A stretch of DNA of 64,000 nt, taken from NCBI GenBank assembly GCA_030704615.1, contig CM060734.1, positions 31,248,001-31,312,000 of the forward strand. Reading direction: 5' to 3'. How positions within the stretch are numbered: the first letter of the stretch is position 1; each line of letters starts with the position of its first letter. This document shows positions 51,308-64,000 of this stretch, piece after piece. This DNA is from Takakia lepidozioides (taxonomy: Eukaryota > Plantae > Bryophyta). The position numbers and the translations under genes were made by a program. The notes under the pieces were generated by a model. That model did no database searches and was not told the origin of the DNA. It worked only from the letters and a program-made list of their open reading frames with translations.

Positions 51308-52494
51308 CTGCAGACACCAACATCAGGGTCCACTCAGCAACAAACATAGCAATGACAGGGTGAAAGTCAAGCGTAGCTGGGCATGGAAACGATCTTGGTT
51401 GCCACGATACTGAATCAGCAGCAAATTCACGGTGTACCAATGTACCTTGAAGCGAGGCTCGTCGCTGAGGGTGGCAACTGAGGAAAGCTGCCCACGTGTC
51501 TTCAACTGCAACAGCAAAAAGAGGTTTAGTCAGACGGATAAGAATAACATGAACTCTGGTGGCTGCAATGGTCTAAACACACCTCCACGGAGCAAGCTAA
51601 CAAACACCCTGCTCAGACCCTGCACACTACAACTTCCTGGCAAAAATAACCCTACTAGAAACCAGGCAAAGCAAGGAGCCATGAATTCATGCCTGGGGAA
51701 CCACGTCCTGCTGTGATGATGGTGCCGGGGACAGCCCACTCCTCTTGCTCACTTGCAATGAATACACATTGCAACGCTTGGAAGTGTATCCATAAAGGAA
51801 ACCAACCAAGTAAGTTTGCGGAGAGGGGCTGGGAACAACCATACCTTGGGCGCTGCCTGACCAGAACCATCGTGGACTTTTAAGACTCCATGAACTCTTA
51901 GGGAAGTAGTAATGACTTTTTCCTTGCCGCTGTCGGTTCCTCGCATCATTCTGGAGCTCTTGCTCGGTCTATCGAACTGCATTGCAAGCATGTCAACCAC
52001 AAGTCAGTCGATCACTCAGAAATTAGGAATTGCATAAAAAAGCTTGGATCTCGACTCCCTCTAGGCTGATCTGGGCAGCTACAGTTATTAGTGCTTCTCT
52101 AAAACCAATGTATTAAGCTCTCTTGTTTAGGTCGTTGCAGCGTCAATGAACGAGTTTGAGTTATGGATGAGAACGTTCGTGAAGAAAACAGTAGCCGGCA
52201 GGCATTTCTCCCTCTCCCCTGTCTGCAGTCTGCACTGCTCGAGTGATGCCTCCATCGGATCTCTTCTCTTGTGTCATCTAATTTCCTCTCATTTGGAAAC
52301 TAGCTAGGGATGCCTTCTGCGTCCTTCTTATCTCTCACAATCTCGGATTTGATGCGCCATTTTATGGCTACTGGCTCTTTTATTACGATTTCGTGTGTGT
52401 GAGTCCGTCTCTCTCTCATCTAGTCCACTAGCTTGGCGGAGAATAGGCTGCCATCTACAGGTTTTCTACATTCCTTCTTCGAAAGGTGTAAAAG

Positions 52495-55400
52495 ATGGCA
52501 GGAGACGAGATAAGCAGTGCACCAGCAAAGAAGGGTGGTAAACAGGAATCCGCCAGGTGTGGCCTTCGTCCCAGCCCAGCTTCTGGCGCAAGTGTTCAAG
52601 GTGTGTGAATGGAAATCTCCAAAAACTTCCAACTTCACTCGTCGCTGTTTTGATCCTGTGCAGGAAAAAGAGGGAATTCGGTCCGGGAGGCCTGATGAAG
52701 GCAGTCGTGAAACAGGGTGAGGGAACTAAAACTCCAAAAGAAGGTGATCAGGTACGTGTCAAAATTGTTGTGGCGAGTTCTTGAGTTTCATCGGATGGAT
52801 TATGCAATGTGAATAGAAAAACCTTCGACATCCCAAGTTTTATGGATTCTTTTCTGGGACATACGTGGTGGTGGATCATTGTTACCTCTTGTTTGTGATC
52901 AACAGCTGTGATTCTCTGTTCGATTGTGAAATTGAAAACCCCATGTATTTCAATGGACCCCATTACCTCCAGCAGCAGCTATCTGCTCACTGTCCTCAAA
53001 ATCTCCGCATTCGAAATGATTACTATTGACCGTAAAGAGATTGAAGGGCTTTCCTAAATACATCAGTGGACACACAGGGTCATATTTCTCCTCAATCCAT
53101 TTTTTAAGTCCGCTACCCAAAGCAAAAACGCTCATTCTATCTTATTGGGTCACTTAGAAGTCAAGTGGGTGCTACTTACTGCAAGGCCATTTCATCCCAG
53201 GGCACTGTGGAGTTGGGTTGCACCACAATGCCTTTCATTCAAAGCAAATATCCCCCATGCGCCCAGTGGTCACAATGGAAGTGCACTGGGTAGTCCAACT
53301 GTGTGTAAGTTGGGTATCTAGCCACCCTCAGCATGTCAACGCACCAAAGGACCATATAACTGGCAGCCTGTTTGACAAGGGAAAATTTTTCCTTCTCTGC
53401 TTTTCAAATTTTTCTCGCAGATCATCTTTCACTACATTACTCGAACAACAGAGGGAGTTGTTGTGGAATCATCACGAGCAGATTTTGGAGGTACCACCCT
53501 GTGTCCCCCTTTTTCTTGCATTCTCTGTCTGTTTCTCAGTGCTTGCAGTGTGCTTTCCTTTCCCTCTCTTGAAGTGGTCATAAAACACACTGTCCGAATC
53601 ATAGCTAGCTGCTACAACTTCACAACCAAATCACATGCCTTCTCCCCACTTGCCAAAAGAGACAGAGCAACCAAGGTGACTGTTCACAACTGTATTTGCA
53701 AAACACTTTAATGAGGCTGTCAGAGGTGCAGGAAAGGGAGTCCCGCTCCGATTGGTGCTGGGAAAGAGCAAGATGATTGCGGGGTGGGAGGAAGGCCTTC
53801 CAACAATGTTGAAAGGTGAAATAGCCATGGTAATAGATGCACTTTCACTCAGAAGCTTCTGAGCCCTTGGATGTCTTCACAAAAGAATGTACTCATAAGA
53901 TGACGTTTGCCGTAGCCTTGTGGCAAAAGACCCCGTGCCCCAGTTTGGGCGAAACAAGAGGGCACAGACACTACCTTTGTGAGAGGCTCACTCCAGCAGT
54001 TCAAAATAGACACTCTCGAAACATGACTTTAACGTAGGTTCAGGTTAGCAGGGGTTCATGTAGTACATGGCCTTACACAATGGGACATAAGCCAGGGGGC
54101 ATGCTCAGATCTTCTTCCCGTGCTATGGTCTTGGAACAATCTATTCTGTCAAAAAGCGTGTTGAAATTGGCACTGATTGCTGAGTTTTAACCTTTTTGCA
54201 GCTCAAAGTCAGACCAGATATGCATTATGGTGATACAGAGTGCCCTGTCACTGTTGCGGATGACTTTCCAAAGAGTGGCGAACTTCTTTTTGAAATTGAG
54301 TTGTTCGACTTTCATAAGGCAAAGGTGATGCTGGTGCAAGACCAGTCCAGGACAGTACTAAGCTAACTTAAGAGACCATGCTAATCAGGAAATAGTCTCT
54401 ACATGGAAGTTAGAGGACTCTACTTAATACCTTGGAAGGGTTTCAAGGTTTTTATCTGTTGGTGAGAAGAAACCCATGGCAGATTCCAATTTTAACATTC
54501 ATGTCTCGGGGGGTGGCAGGCTATTACAGATGACTTTGGTGTAATGAAACAGGTGATACTCTTTTCCTTCTTCCCAAGTGGACCTTCAATAATTAAGTAT
54601 ATGAGCCTTTCCTTTGTGTTTCTTCTGTCATATGTAGAGAGGTGCTATTAGTTGCATATGAACCTGACTCTGCATTGTCAAGAGACCTCTGCTTGCACAT
54701 GTACCAGGTTTTGGTGGAGGGGGAGGGCTGGGAAACTCCTAGGGCACCTTACGAAGTGAAAATCTGGTAAGCATTGATGCCACGTTTCATGCTACATGTA
54801 GTACTTGAAATTGGGATATTGTTACCAACAGTGGAAGGATGCCATGACAAATGAACGCCTGTGGATAATGGAGCATGCAACAAGCAAGACCTATCTAATC
54901 AGTGGGTTTGTCCTAAGCTTGAAAATGAGACAGATTGCTAACCCATGGCATGTTCATTGCCCAGGATAACAGGGCGAGTACTGGGAGGCGGAATTTTTTT
55001 TTCTCATACAGAGGGAGATCCCATTCATTTTGCATTTGGAAAGGAGAAGGTGTGTGTGTAACATCTTTAATGCATTGCCTTTTCTTGGGCAGGGACCCCT
55101 TACATCCCATTTTGGAACAAGTCAATAGCTAGTTCTAACAAATGAGGCTAAAGAGCCCTGTGATTCCTTTTTGATAGAGAATATTCAGCTGAATACCTTA
55201 CTACAGTGAGAAGAGTAGCTATTTACTTACAAGAGGGGTGTACAAACCCTTTATGCTTAAGAAGTCAGAAGTAAAAACTTCTCACAGGTTAGGTTTCCTC
55301 TCTTGTGCAGGTTCCGGAAGGGCTTGAGAAGGCAATAGGAACCATGACCAGAAAAGAGAAGGCTGTTATCTACATTTCCCATTCATATTGCACTGGATCT

Positions 55401-58400
55401 CGGGCAATGCTAAATGTGCCCTCACAGGCTGACGAGCTGGAATTTGAGGTGGAGTTGGTCCAGCTTATCCAGGTGAGCTTGACATATAATACTCAGAACA
55501 CAGATGGCTTTTATCATATCATTTTGACAGTTCCAGAAATTCGGCTCCTAGATGTGAGTTTCTCATGAACTACTTTTGTATGCGTGGCAGGTACGGGATA
55601 TGTATGGTGATGGTGGCCTGATGAAGCGCCGTGTTCGAGATGGCATAGGTTGGTTGTCCTCAGCTTGAGTTTTTCTGTCCCACTCAGCAGTTTGCAATGT
55701 TCTGTAAGACTGAAACTCAATAAATTGACAGCAATTGGAGCCCAATAGAAGGTTGGTGCAGGGTCAGTAGTGCAAATTGGGCAGCCAGTACCAACCTTTA
55801 TCCGAAGTGATATGTGCCAATTTGGTCAAATGGATAATAACACCAGAGTGGTCGTCTCTCTTGTCAGGGGAGTTTCCTGTTGACTGCCCTCTTCAAGACA
55901 GCATAATGCGCATCCACTATAAGGGTATGCTGCAAGATGGAGGCAAAGTCTTCTACGACACACGGGTTGATAATGATGGTGGTCAACCGCTAGAGTTTGC
56001 ATCTGGAGAGGGCATGGTAGGTGATCACTCTTCCCATTCTGATGTGATGCATTAACTTCTATGGTGACATCAAAAGAGCTCGCTGGTTTCATGTAATTGA
56101 TGGTGTGATGGATGAAATTTGGAACATCTACTGACTTGAAATGCTGTATTGCGATAGACTATTTTCAAGAGTAGTACTATATATGGTGCGAGGAACCTAT
56201 GCCATAAAGGACAAGCATTGGATGATTGTGAAGATGAGGACTACTTCATCCTTAGCAATCCAGTCATATAAGCATTGGCAAGTGTTACAGGATTGCAACC
56301 CTACAGTTTCTCTCTCTTTGCTGTAGATGCTGTGACCATTGTGGACATTGAATTGATTGATGTACTTCTTCTGTGGATGACCTGTTGTCTGTATGCAGGT
56401 ACCTGAGGGACTTGAAACGAGTCTCCGACTGATGCTTCCAGGGGAGCTTGCTCTTATCAACAGTGTCTCTAAGTACGCCTATGACAAGTTTCCCAGGTAT
56501 TCTTCTGGGAAGACTTTCTATGTGGCTGACTTTCAAATCATTGCAAACAAATGCCCAACTCAACGCTGGTGTCCAATCCAGCTCGTGATTTCTAATTGCG
56601 GTTGACATCCTTTACAAAGTTGAAGGTCAATTTTTAAAAATTTAGTGAGTGGGATCTCTCATGCTATCTTTTGCTCCATGATTGCATCTGAAAACAAATT
56701 GATTGGGTGCAGGCCAGAAGTTGTTCCAGAAGGGGCTTCAGTGCAATGGGAGGTGGAATTGTTAGGATTTGAAACAGCCAAGGTCATCCATTTACATCAG
56801 TGCATTTACTGTTTATACATGTGTACCTGTTCTGGAGTCTGTGGGCCAGGGTTTCCTTTCACAACTCAGACCACAGTCTGTCTATGCTTGAATAATCTAT
56901 GCAATTTTCGGTGGTCTTTTGGCTTATCAACCCTTTCGGCCACACTCAATTCTTCTGCAAGTTGGCCTTATCCAGTTGATGCTGGAAAGATTGCTTCCTG
57001 TTATCAATGATAAACAATGAGCGGAATTTTAAGATAACTCTTTGTGTTGGCAGGATTGGACAGGCCTCAATTTCAAAGAAATAATGGCTGAAGTGGATAC
57101 AATCAGATCCACGGTATGCCTTTACTCTCACTTTAGTACTTTCTTGTATGAAGTAGGAGCCAGTGTATAGATCTGATTTAGGCCGTCTGCAGTGATGGTG
57201 CAGGGAAACCAACATACTAATTGCTGGAGATGTTCTGTGCATGAATGAGATTGATATTATGCTGTATGTGATGCTCTGCAATTGTGTGTGCAGGGAAACC
57301 GGCTATTCAAGGAAGCCAAGTTTGAGCTAGCCAAGGCCAAGTATGATAAGGTAGTCACTGACCAGTTTAGTGACCTGCTTTACCTGTGTGAAACTTCTAC
57401 ACAACAATTTTCCACACCTGGTCTTTGAAGTGTAGTCTGAAGGTGGACACCTTCTGATGGCCGTAACCGGGGCAACATGGTTGCCCAAACCTCCCCCAAG
57501 AACTCGGAGTCCCCAGGTACCCACACATAAAATAACTGGTTGACCCAGTTACCCCTTTTTATAGCTGGGTTGGCGATAAGGGGTGGCATTCAACATACAC
57601 CTATGTGGCTCTGCACCCATGACCACATACTGGTACCTAGATGAGATGGCTCCATAAGGCAAATTTCTCTTCCCTCTCTTTCCATGGCGACCATGAGAAC
57701 TCTTGTGAAGGCTTATCTGATATGGATGGCAGGTGCTTAGGGATCTCAAGCATGTAAATCCACAAAATGATGAGGAAGGCGAGGAGCTTGAAAAGAGCCA
57801 GGTGATTGTTGCTGGTTTCTAGGATTGTTCCCTTTGTTAATAAAGATGTATGTCCCAATTGGTTATGCGTGTGTATTCAAGAAAACTGGGAGATGTTTGG
57901 CTAGTTGCATTTAGCAATTCAAGCGATCACCGTTATGCAAATATGAGTGGCTTGCTGCTTTTTGGCAGAGTTCATTGCTTCTCAATGTCGCTGCGTGTTA
58001 CCAGAAGCTTGGGGAGTACATAAAATCCATTGAAATGTGCAATAAGGCAGGTCACTGGTTTCTGTCAATTGGACATTTGTTCTCTGTCTTATGGATATGG
58101 CTTCATGTCGTTTGCTGTAGTTTATCTGCTTAGACCTATCTGTAGGGCTCTCCTAAGATGATCCTTGGAACGTACATCCTAGGGTTGAGGGGAAGAGCTC
58201 AGTGATTTGCATCTGCTCTGTCTTGTTCGTTTGTGACACCTTGCAATTAGATGATGTGGTCCGTAAGATGTGTTAGTGGTTTGGTATTTTTGTATACCAG
58301 CAGCTAGCCGAGTTCCAACACATGAAAAATAAACATTTTGTACACGAGTTTCAAATTTACCGTGAAAAATCAAATGGATCTGTAAAGTAATAGTGAAAAA

Positions 58401-59387
58401 CAGGTTTTGTGCGGATTGACTCAGTGAGCAAATTTGCAGGTGCTGGAGGGAAATCCTCATCATGTGAAAGGCTTGTATCGCCGTGGCATGGCTTATACTG
58501 AAACTGGTGACTTTGATGAAGCTCGAAGTGACTTCAAGCAGGTGGTCCTGCTGCTTGAGACCTTCCTTGATATAAGTAATTGCACACTGAATGAGCGAAT
58601 ATGTACTGGTAAAAGTTGGGCTATTGCTAAGTGGGACCATGTACCTGCAGATGATGAAGATTGACAAGTCGTCCTCTCCTGATGCAAATGCAGCACTGGT
58701 CAAGCTCAAAAAGAAAGAGCAGGTTTGTAGAATCCTCAATCTTCCTCGAGCACAGTTCATTGGTTCTTTTAAGTGTTGGATTCAAACTTTTGAGTGTAGC
58801 CTTGATATCACTTTCAGTATTAGTAAGGTTTGTGGAATATCAATTTAAAAATCAGCGCGTGTTGCCTTTGGTAAAATCTGGCTCACCAATTGACCATTGC
58901 TTGCTACCTTGAATTCATATCAATTAAACTGAGGCAGAAACAGCCTCAGGCATTGTATTTGAGGAGGGAAAATTCACGAATGTGAGCACATCATCGTGAG
59001 CATCATATTTGCTTGAGAGAAGACAGGTGCGCAAGGGACAGAGAGTATGCTGCATTTTCTATGTAACAAACCCTTGGGAATCCTTAGTACTGATATATTT
59101 GTGATACCTATTGGCAGGATGCTGAGCTAAGGGCAAGGAAGCAGTTTAAAGGCCTCTTTGACAAACGGCCAGGAGAATTGTCACAGACAGGGGAAGAGGC
59201 AACCGCAACACAAGATAAAATTGCAGACAATTCCTTATTAGACAATGAGAATCACCTAGAGACAAATGAAACTTCAGAAGAGGAAGAGGGCACCACTGTG
59301 CAGGAGGTGGCAAGCTCTTCTAGACTTTACAAGGGAGGACTCAGCTTTTTGAGACACATGACGAGGGGCAAATGTGTGATTCTTTAA
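52495..59387 (+). CDS. PAS1: PASTICCINO1 / FKBP72 peptidyl-prolyl isomerase (3 FKBP domains + TPR), about 20 exons
   Basis: PGGLMKAVV, LVLGKSKMI, GEGWETPRAPYEVK, VPEGLEKAIGTM, GEFPVDCPLQDS, DWTGLNF, GNRLFKE.KFELAKAKY, HVKGLYRRGMAY and ARKQFKGLFDK; C-terminal CaaX CVIL*. GT-AG junctions plus one GC-AG. Confidence 0.95.
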
Positions 59388-60140
59388 TGTTACCAGCAGC
59401 TATAGTTTTAAAGCACAAAAAGGTGACGTGGTAGTTACGAAATGACTGGCAGTGGGTTTGAAGATGAAGAAAACCAAGTCTCACTTGTTGATGACTAGAA
59501 CATGATTCAACAGTAGTTTGTACTTCGGAAAATGTAATGATGATGGGTTCACATTCTTCTACCCAGGTGCATGGGGTATTAAATTTTCCCATTTATGCTG
59601 CGTGATATTCCATAAGCTTTCCCATTGGCAACTTGCAGCAAAGTTGCATTAAAAGAGGGTAGTTTTCCCTCTCACCATAATCGAAGGGGAACCAAACAAT
59701 AAACCTCCCCCTTGGGAAAAATAAAACAATGAATAGTATGTGTGGGTTGGACACACTGGAGGTGATGAAACTAGGATTTTTCTAGCTGTCATATTAAAGA
59801 GGAAACAGCCGAATAGAAGAAAGTCTCTCTCTCTCCCTCTCTATTGAAGCAAAAGATGAAAGCTTCCTAGACGGTCTCTGAAAGACAATCAATAGTTTAA
59901 TGGTTAGTTCCTGGAAGTGTGGTGTCCCTCTTCATCCCTCCTTCACGGGATCTATCAGTACAGGGCTAGGGCAATCCATGCATCCACATTGACATCCTCA
60001 ATGCAAGTATCTTCCACATTTGACTAATTGAGAAGACATCAATCAGATGTAGGCCGTGTACGGTGATGCAACCCCCTTGTGGCACCTCACAATATCATTA
60101 TCTAGTAGAACCTAATGGCTGGAAAAACATGACTGATGAT

Positions 60141-61808
60141 TTAAGACCCTAATGTCTGCTTCATCACTGTCTTTTGGGATTCTGTCAAGGCAGAAGGAAA
60201 CTCCACCTCGAACGCAACAACAAGATCACCCTTCTTGTTACTCTCGAACACTGGCATGCCCTCCTTTGGAAAGCGCCTAACCTCCTTTGGTTTTGTAACT
60301 TTCTGTGTTCCAATAGACACTGCGTGTCCATCAAGGTGTTTGATTTCTTTTTGAAACCCAACTAGGGCATCCAACAGTGAGATCGTGACAGTTATGCGAA
60401 GATTGTCGCCATCTCTTTCAAACCGACTATGAGGCTGTGTCCGAATGATAAATTTAAGATCGCCAGGTTCTCCATCAATGATTGGTTCTCCATCCTCGTA
60501 GAAAACAATCTCATGGCCATCCCGCATGCCTTTTTCAATGTCAACATTGATAGTCAAACCCTCGCGCTCAAATTTCACATTGGGACACTCCTCACAGACC
60601 TGCTGTGTATACTGCTGGAACATCCCTGGTCCTATCTGTCGGTGGGACACCTTGTTCTTACAGTTGCATTTACGTTTCCCAGAGGCTGGCTTCAATACAT
60701 TTTTCTCCCGCCAGACCTGAAAATCACAATCACCACGAGCACTTTAGAGCTGGAGGCTCCCCTCAAAGACATCAGTGCAGTCATTGTGAATATGGATTAT
60801 GCTTACACAGCAAACTTGTCCTTACAAATGCAACAAGCTCCATTTGTGAGGTGTGGTCCAAAGAAAAGTCCAGCATTCTTCCTGAGCCTCAGATTAAGTT
60901 CCATCCTTCAAAGGTTGCACTACCTTGGAAAGCTCACAGCACCTCATAGTTGTGCAGCTTTGGTGGACATCTGAAAGAATATCTCATGTCTGAGGAACAC
61001 AACAAAAGAAATTGTGCTTACTGCACATTGGTCTGGGATGGTTAGGCGGACGTTATGGTGCAGATATGTATGGGCATTCTGAGGGTTTTAGGATGCCAGG
61101 AGTGTAGAAGGCACCTAGAAGAATCAATGCAGACTGACTCCTAATCCGACACAGCCAAAAAATAGAGACAACGCCAGAGTTCCGACTACGATCTATAAAT
61201 CTCACACTACTACATCAAGAAATGTCCTACCTCGAAACCATGAATCTAACCTGTCTTCCCACAATCGAGTGTGTAGCAATTCTACGCAAAATATGAGGAG
61301 ATCAACAGATTAATCACACCTTGTAAGAGTTCCCCATGTAGAGATCCTCAAGAGTCGCATATAACTCAACAAAAACGTCATCCCCCTTAGGAGTCCTATC
61401 TTCCTCCTCTTCATCGCCGAACCTCACACCTCCACCAAAGAACTGAGAGAAGATATCGTTCGCGAAATTGCCCCCACCTCTGCCTCCATTGGCTGCATTT
61501 TGCTTCAAGCCTTCCTCACCATACTGGTCATAGATTCCTCTTTTCTCTTTATCTACCAAAACCTCATAAGCATTATTGATTTCTGCAAATTTTTTGGTGG
61601 CATCCTCGTTGCCCGGATTTTTGTCAGGATGAAACTTCAACGCCAGCTTGCGGTACGCACGCTTAATCTGGTCATCTGTGGCCGCTTTCGAAATCTGTAG
61701 AATATCATAGTAGTTTTTCCCGGCAGCGGCGTTGTAGATGGCCGAAGCGGAAAATACGAGTAAAAGCAACACTACATTGACGATCCTCATTGGAGGCTTA
61801 ATACTCAT
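60141..61808 (-). CDS. ERDJ3B: ER-luminal DnaJ, ERdj3B/DNAJB11 type; 2 coding exons (61808-61320, 60716-60141)
   Basis: Signal peptide; J domain [18 protein letters not shown]; [19 protein letters not shown]; QIGPGMFQQ; CEECPNVK; [14 protein letters not shown]. Confidence 0.93.
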
Positions 61809-62279
61809 ACCATTTGCAAACAAAATGCTATGTCGAAATACACAACTAATCAGCCTGCCACTTAGTGATCGGACCTTCGATCACCCCGATACGCTGCATC
61901 AAACCTCCCTGTCCCACAATCCTTGCATCACATAAGTATCCCGCATCCCGACCTCCAGACACTTACAACACACATATATACGTCCAGAATTTCGCCAAGC
62001 TCACCCCGCCTGCAGAAAAAGCAATGCGATCCTTCAGTCTCACAACGTTGCTAACCCCTCCTATCTCTCCATCCGGCTCGGAGCACAAGAAACACTTCAC
62101 ATGCGCATGAATCCGCATTCAAGCGATACAAATATCACAGCAACCATTCTCCTCTCCGTCTCCTCTTCTCCCTCTTCTCCCTCTTCTTCCTCCTCTTCTT
62201 CGTCGGAAGCGCCTCGCACATCCTGCTACCGCACGGTTTACCACAGCTCCGACACGGCTGCCCATCGACATAGCCGCGG

Positions 62280-62960
62280 CAAGTAGGGCGCCGTCATCGT
62301 CCTCACTACCAACCAATAGAAACGCTCAGATTTATGTGCCCCTGCATCCCATTGGCCCTCCCCGTCATACCCAATGTTTTTGGTGGCAGCAGCGCCTCCC
62401 ATTGGCCGTATTCCATACCACAATTTCGGCCCAGCTTCAACCGATCTGTTTTTTGGCCCTAATGTTTCTAATTTTAAATTTAGAAAGAAAACTAAATAAA
62501 TAAATAATATTAAAAGAAAAATAGTCCATGTGCGTGGTCTCGGGCTCGAATCCGCATACTCATCAACCCGTTTTGGTGGGGGAACGTGAGACACAACGAC
62601 TTGTATTGACTGGTGTCATCCTCGAGATTATCAATTTCCAGGGTAACTCTGGATTTTATTTTTATTGTTTTTTATTTTTTATAAACGGAAGCACCTGGGA
62701 ACTCTGAAGTATTCCAAAAAATAAAATAAAATAAAATAAAATAAGAAAATAAATGCTTTTTGTTTTCGTCCATTTAATACTATATTGTTTGGGTTTAGGG
62801 TAGCGCGACGCGTGGCGTTTCTTCAGTGGAGATAGTACGTGGACGTCGAAGGCAAACTGGAATTTTCTCTGAGTCCTGTTTCTTCACATGATTTTCAGAG
62901 ATGGTGCGGGAGAGAGTGTCTGTATGGATCGATCCCTGCGACTGATGACGCACAGCGGAA
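62280..62960. promoter_or_regulatory. Putative bidirectional promoter with CCAAT boxes and UPR-like elements
   Basis: CCAAT/ATTGG at ~62313, 62351, 62372 and 62401; TCATCG at 62294; ATTGG..CCCCGTCAT at 62351; GATGACGC at 62944; lies between two divergent DnaJ genes. Confidence 0.4.
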
Positions 62961-63183
62961 TGTAGGATTCGCTTCGCTCGTCTCTTCTGTTTCACTTGTT
63001 GCATTAATTGCAGCAATTTTGTTGTTCTTTGAGCAGACATTGTTTGTAGGAGGACCGATACTGAGTTTCTCCAATTTCTCCTGTTTCTCGATCTGCGAGA
63101 CGATCAGCAGCATCGACAAAAGCTGAAAAAATATATTAGATTGTTTGAATTTCTCTGAAAGGGTCTCGCATGCGGTGCCGCGA

Positions 63184-64000
63184 ATGGTGGTAGCTATGGC
63201 GGAGGGACCTCCGTTACACTCGCCTGCTTGGAGCCTGCGGGTGTTTGTGGTGGTCATTCTTCTCTTCTTCTCTGCTGTGGATGCCAAGGATCTGTACAAG
63301 GCAAGCACTTTCTTTTGATCGTTCCTTGATCTTTCCTTTTAAACGCAATTCGCTTTGAATCGTAACATCTCGGCGCTAGGTTTGCTAAGAAATTCACTAG
63401 AGTGCATGAACGTCGATGGGTAGCCGACAGGATCGCCCACAAGGCTGACTGAATCTGGTTTTTGGCCGTGACTGGGGTCGTTAGTGAAAAAATGGATTGG
63501 ATGGGGGAGTAAAGTATCGCTGATAGTTTTTCCTGATCAAGCCCAACATCGCCGTTTATTTTGGGTTCCCTATAAGTTCTTATGTATCTAAGAGGACTTT
63601 GTTATCCAACCTTATCCTGCGCTCCATACAATTTCTGTTTTGGGTAAATGTAGTAGTTGCAGGACTCTCAACAGTTTTCAAGAGCTTGCTAAATGATTGA
63701 AAAGTCCAAAGTAACTTGAATTGTCATCGTTAGTCATTAGCTGGACGTCCAAGCGTGAGCTGATTGCCACCTTGTATGTACTTTATGGGATATATTTAGC
63801 ATGGTATCAGCAAATCCTTCAATGCGGTCTAGTTCTTGAATCTGACAATGAGAAGTGGTTCACTTAGAGATCCTCGTGGGGGTAATTTCTTTACATGGGT
63901 GGAGAGCAGATCCCACTAGATAAAGCCGACTCACTGATCCTGTTCTGGTTTTGGTCACAGATATTGGGTGTGGACAAGGGTGCAAGTGAGCGCGACATCC
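63184..64000 (+). CDS. Signal-peptide DnaJ protein, 5' end only (ERdj3A/TMS1-like)
   Basis: Exon 63184-63300 MVVAM..VFVVVILLFFSAVDAKDLYK, GC-AG intron 63301-63960, then ILGVDKGASERDI; runs off the window. Confidence 0.7.

Noticed and set aside
60429-60974. 181-aa plus-strand ORF over ERdj3B exon 2
   Set aside because: Antisense shadow with no recognisable motif.
62525-62570. tRNA-like T-loop sequence GGGCTCGAATCC
   Set aside because: No cloverleaf or A-box; at most a SINE/MITE relic.

Overview
Eukaryotic nuclear DNA from a land plant. It is probably a non-seed plant, judged from the intron-rich genes and TE types; this is inference. Host genes: a TTL-type TPR-thioredoxin gene (-, 6209-11156), a DRD1/CLASSY-type SNF2 remodeller with frameshifts (-, ~41147-44421), a BTB/POZ gene apparently split by retroelement debris, PASTICCINO1/FKBP72 (+, 52495-59387), an ERdj3B-type DnaJ (-, 60141-61808) and the start of a second secretory DnaJ, probably ERdj3A/TMS1-like, head-to-head with it (+, from 63184). 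The main feature is a complete 14.4-kb Mutator-like DNA transposon (23031-37443) with 68-bp perfect TIRs and a perfect 9-bp TSD (CTCGCAGCG). Its spliced DDE-SWIM transposase resembles the host SWIM genes At4g13970/At1g60560. It also carries about six further genes: a Ulp1/C48 protease, an intact 276-aa ORF with a zf-XS-like finger of the SGS3/IDN2 type, and several proteins I cannot recognise. I suggest this is a multi-gene transposon that may carry its own anti-silencing toolkit. Other TE remnants include degenerate LINEs, an L1-like 3' part, a gypsy RT fragment with an internal inversion and a CACTA-type fragment. Homology calls come from motif recognition by eye, not from database searches.
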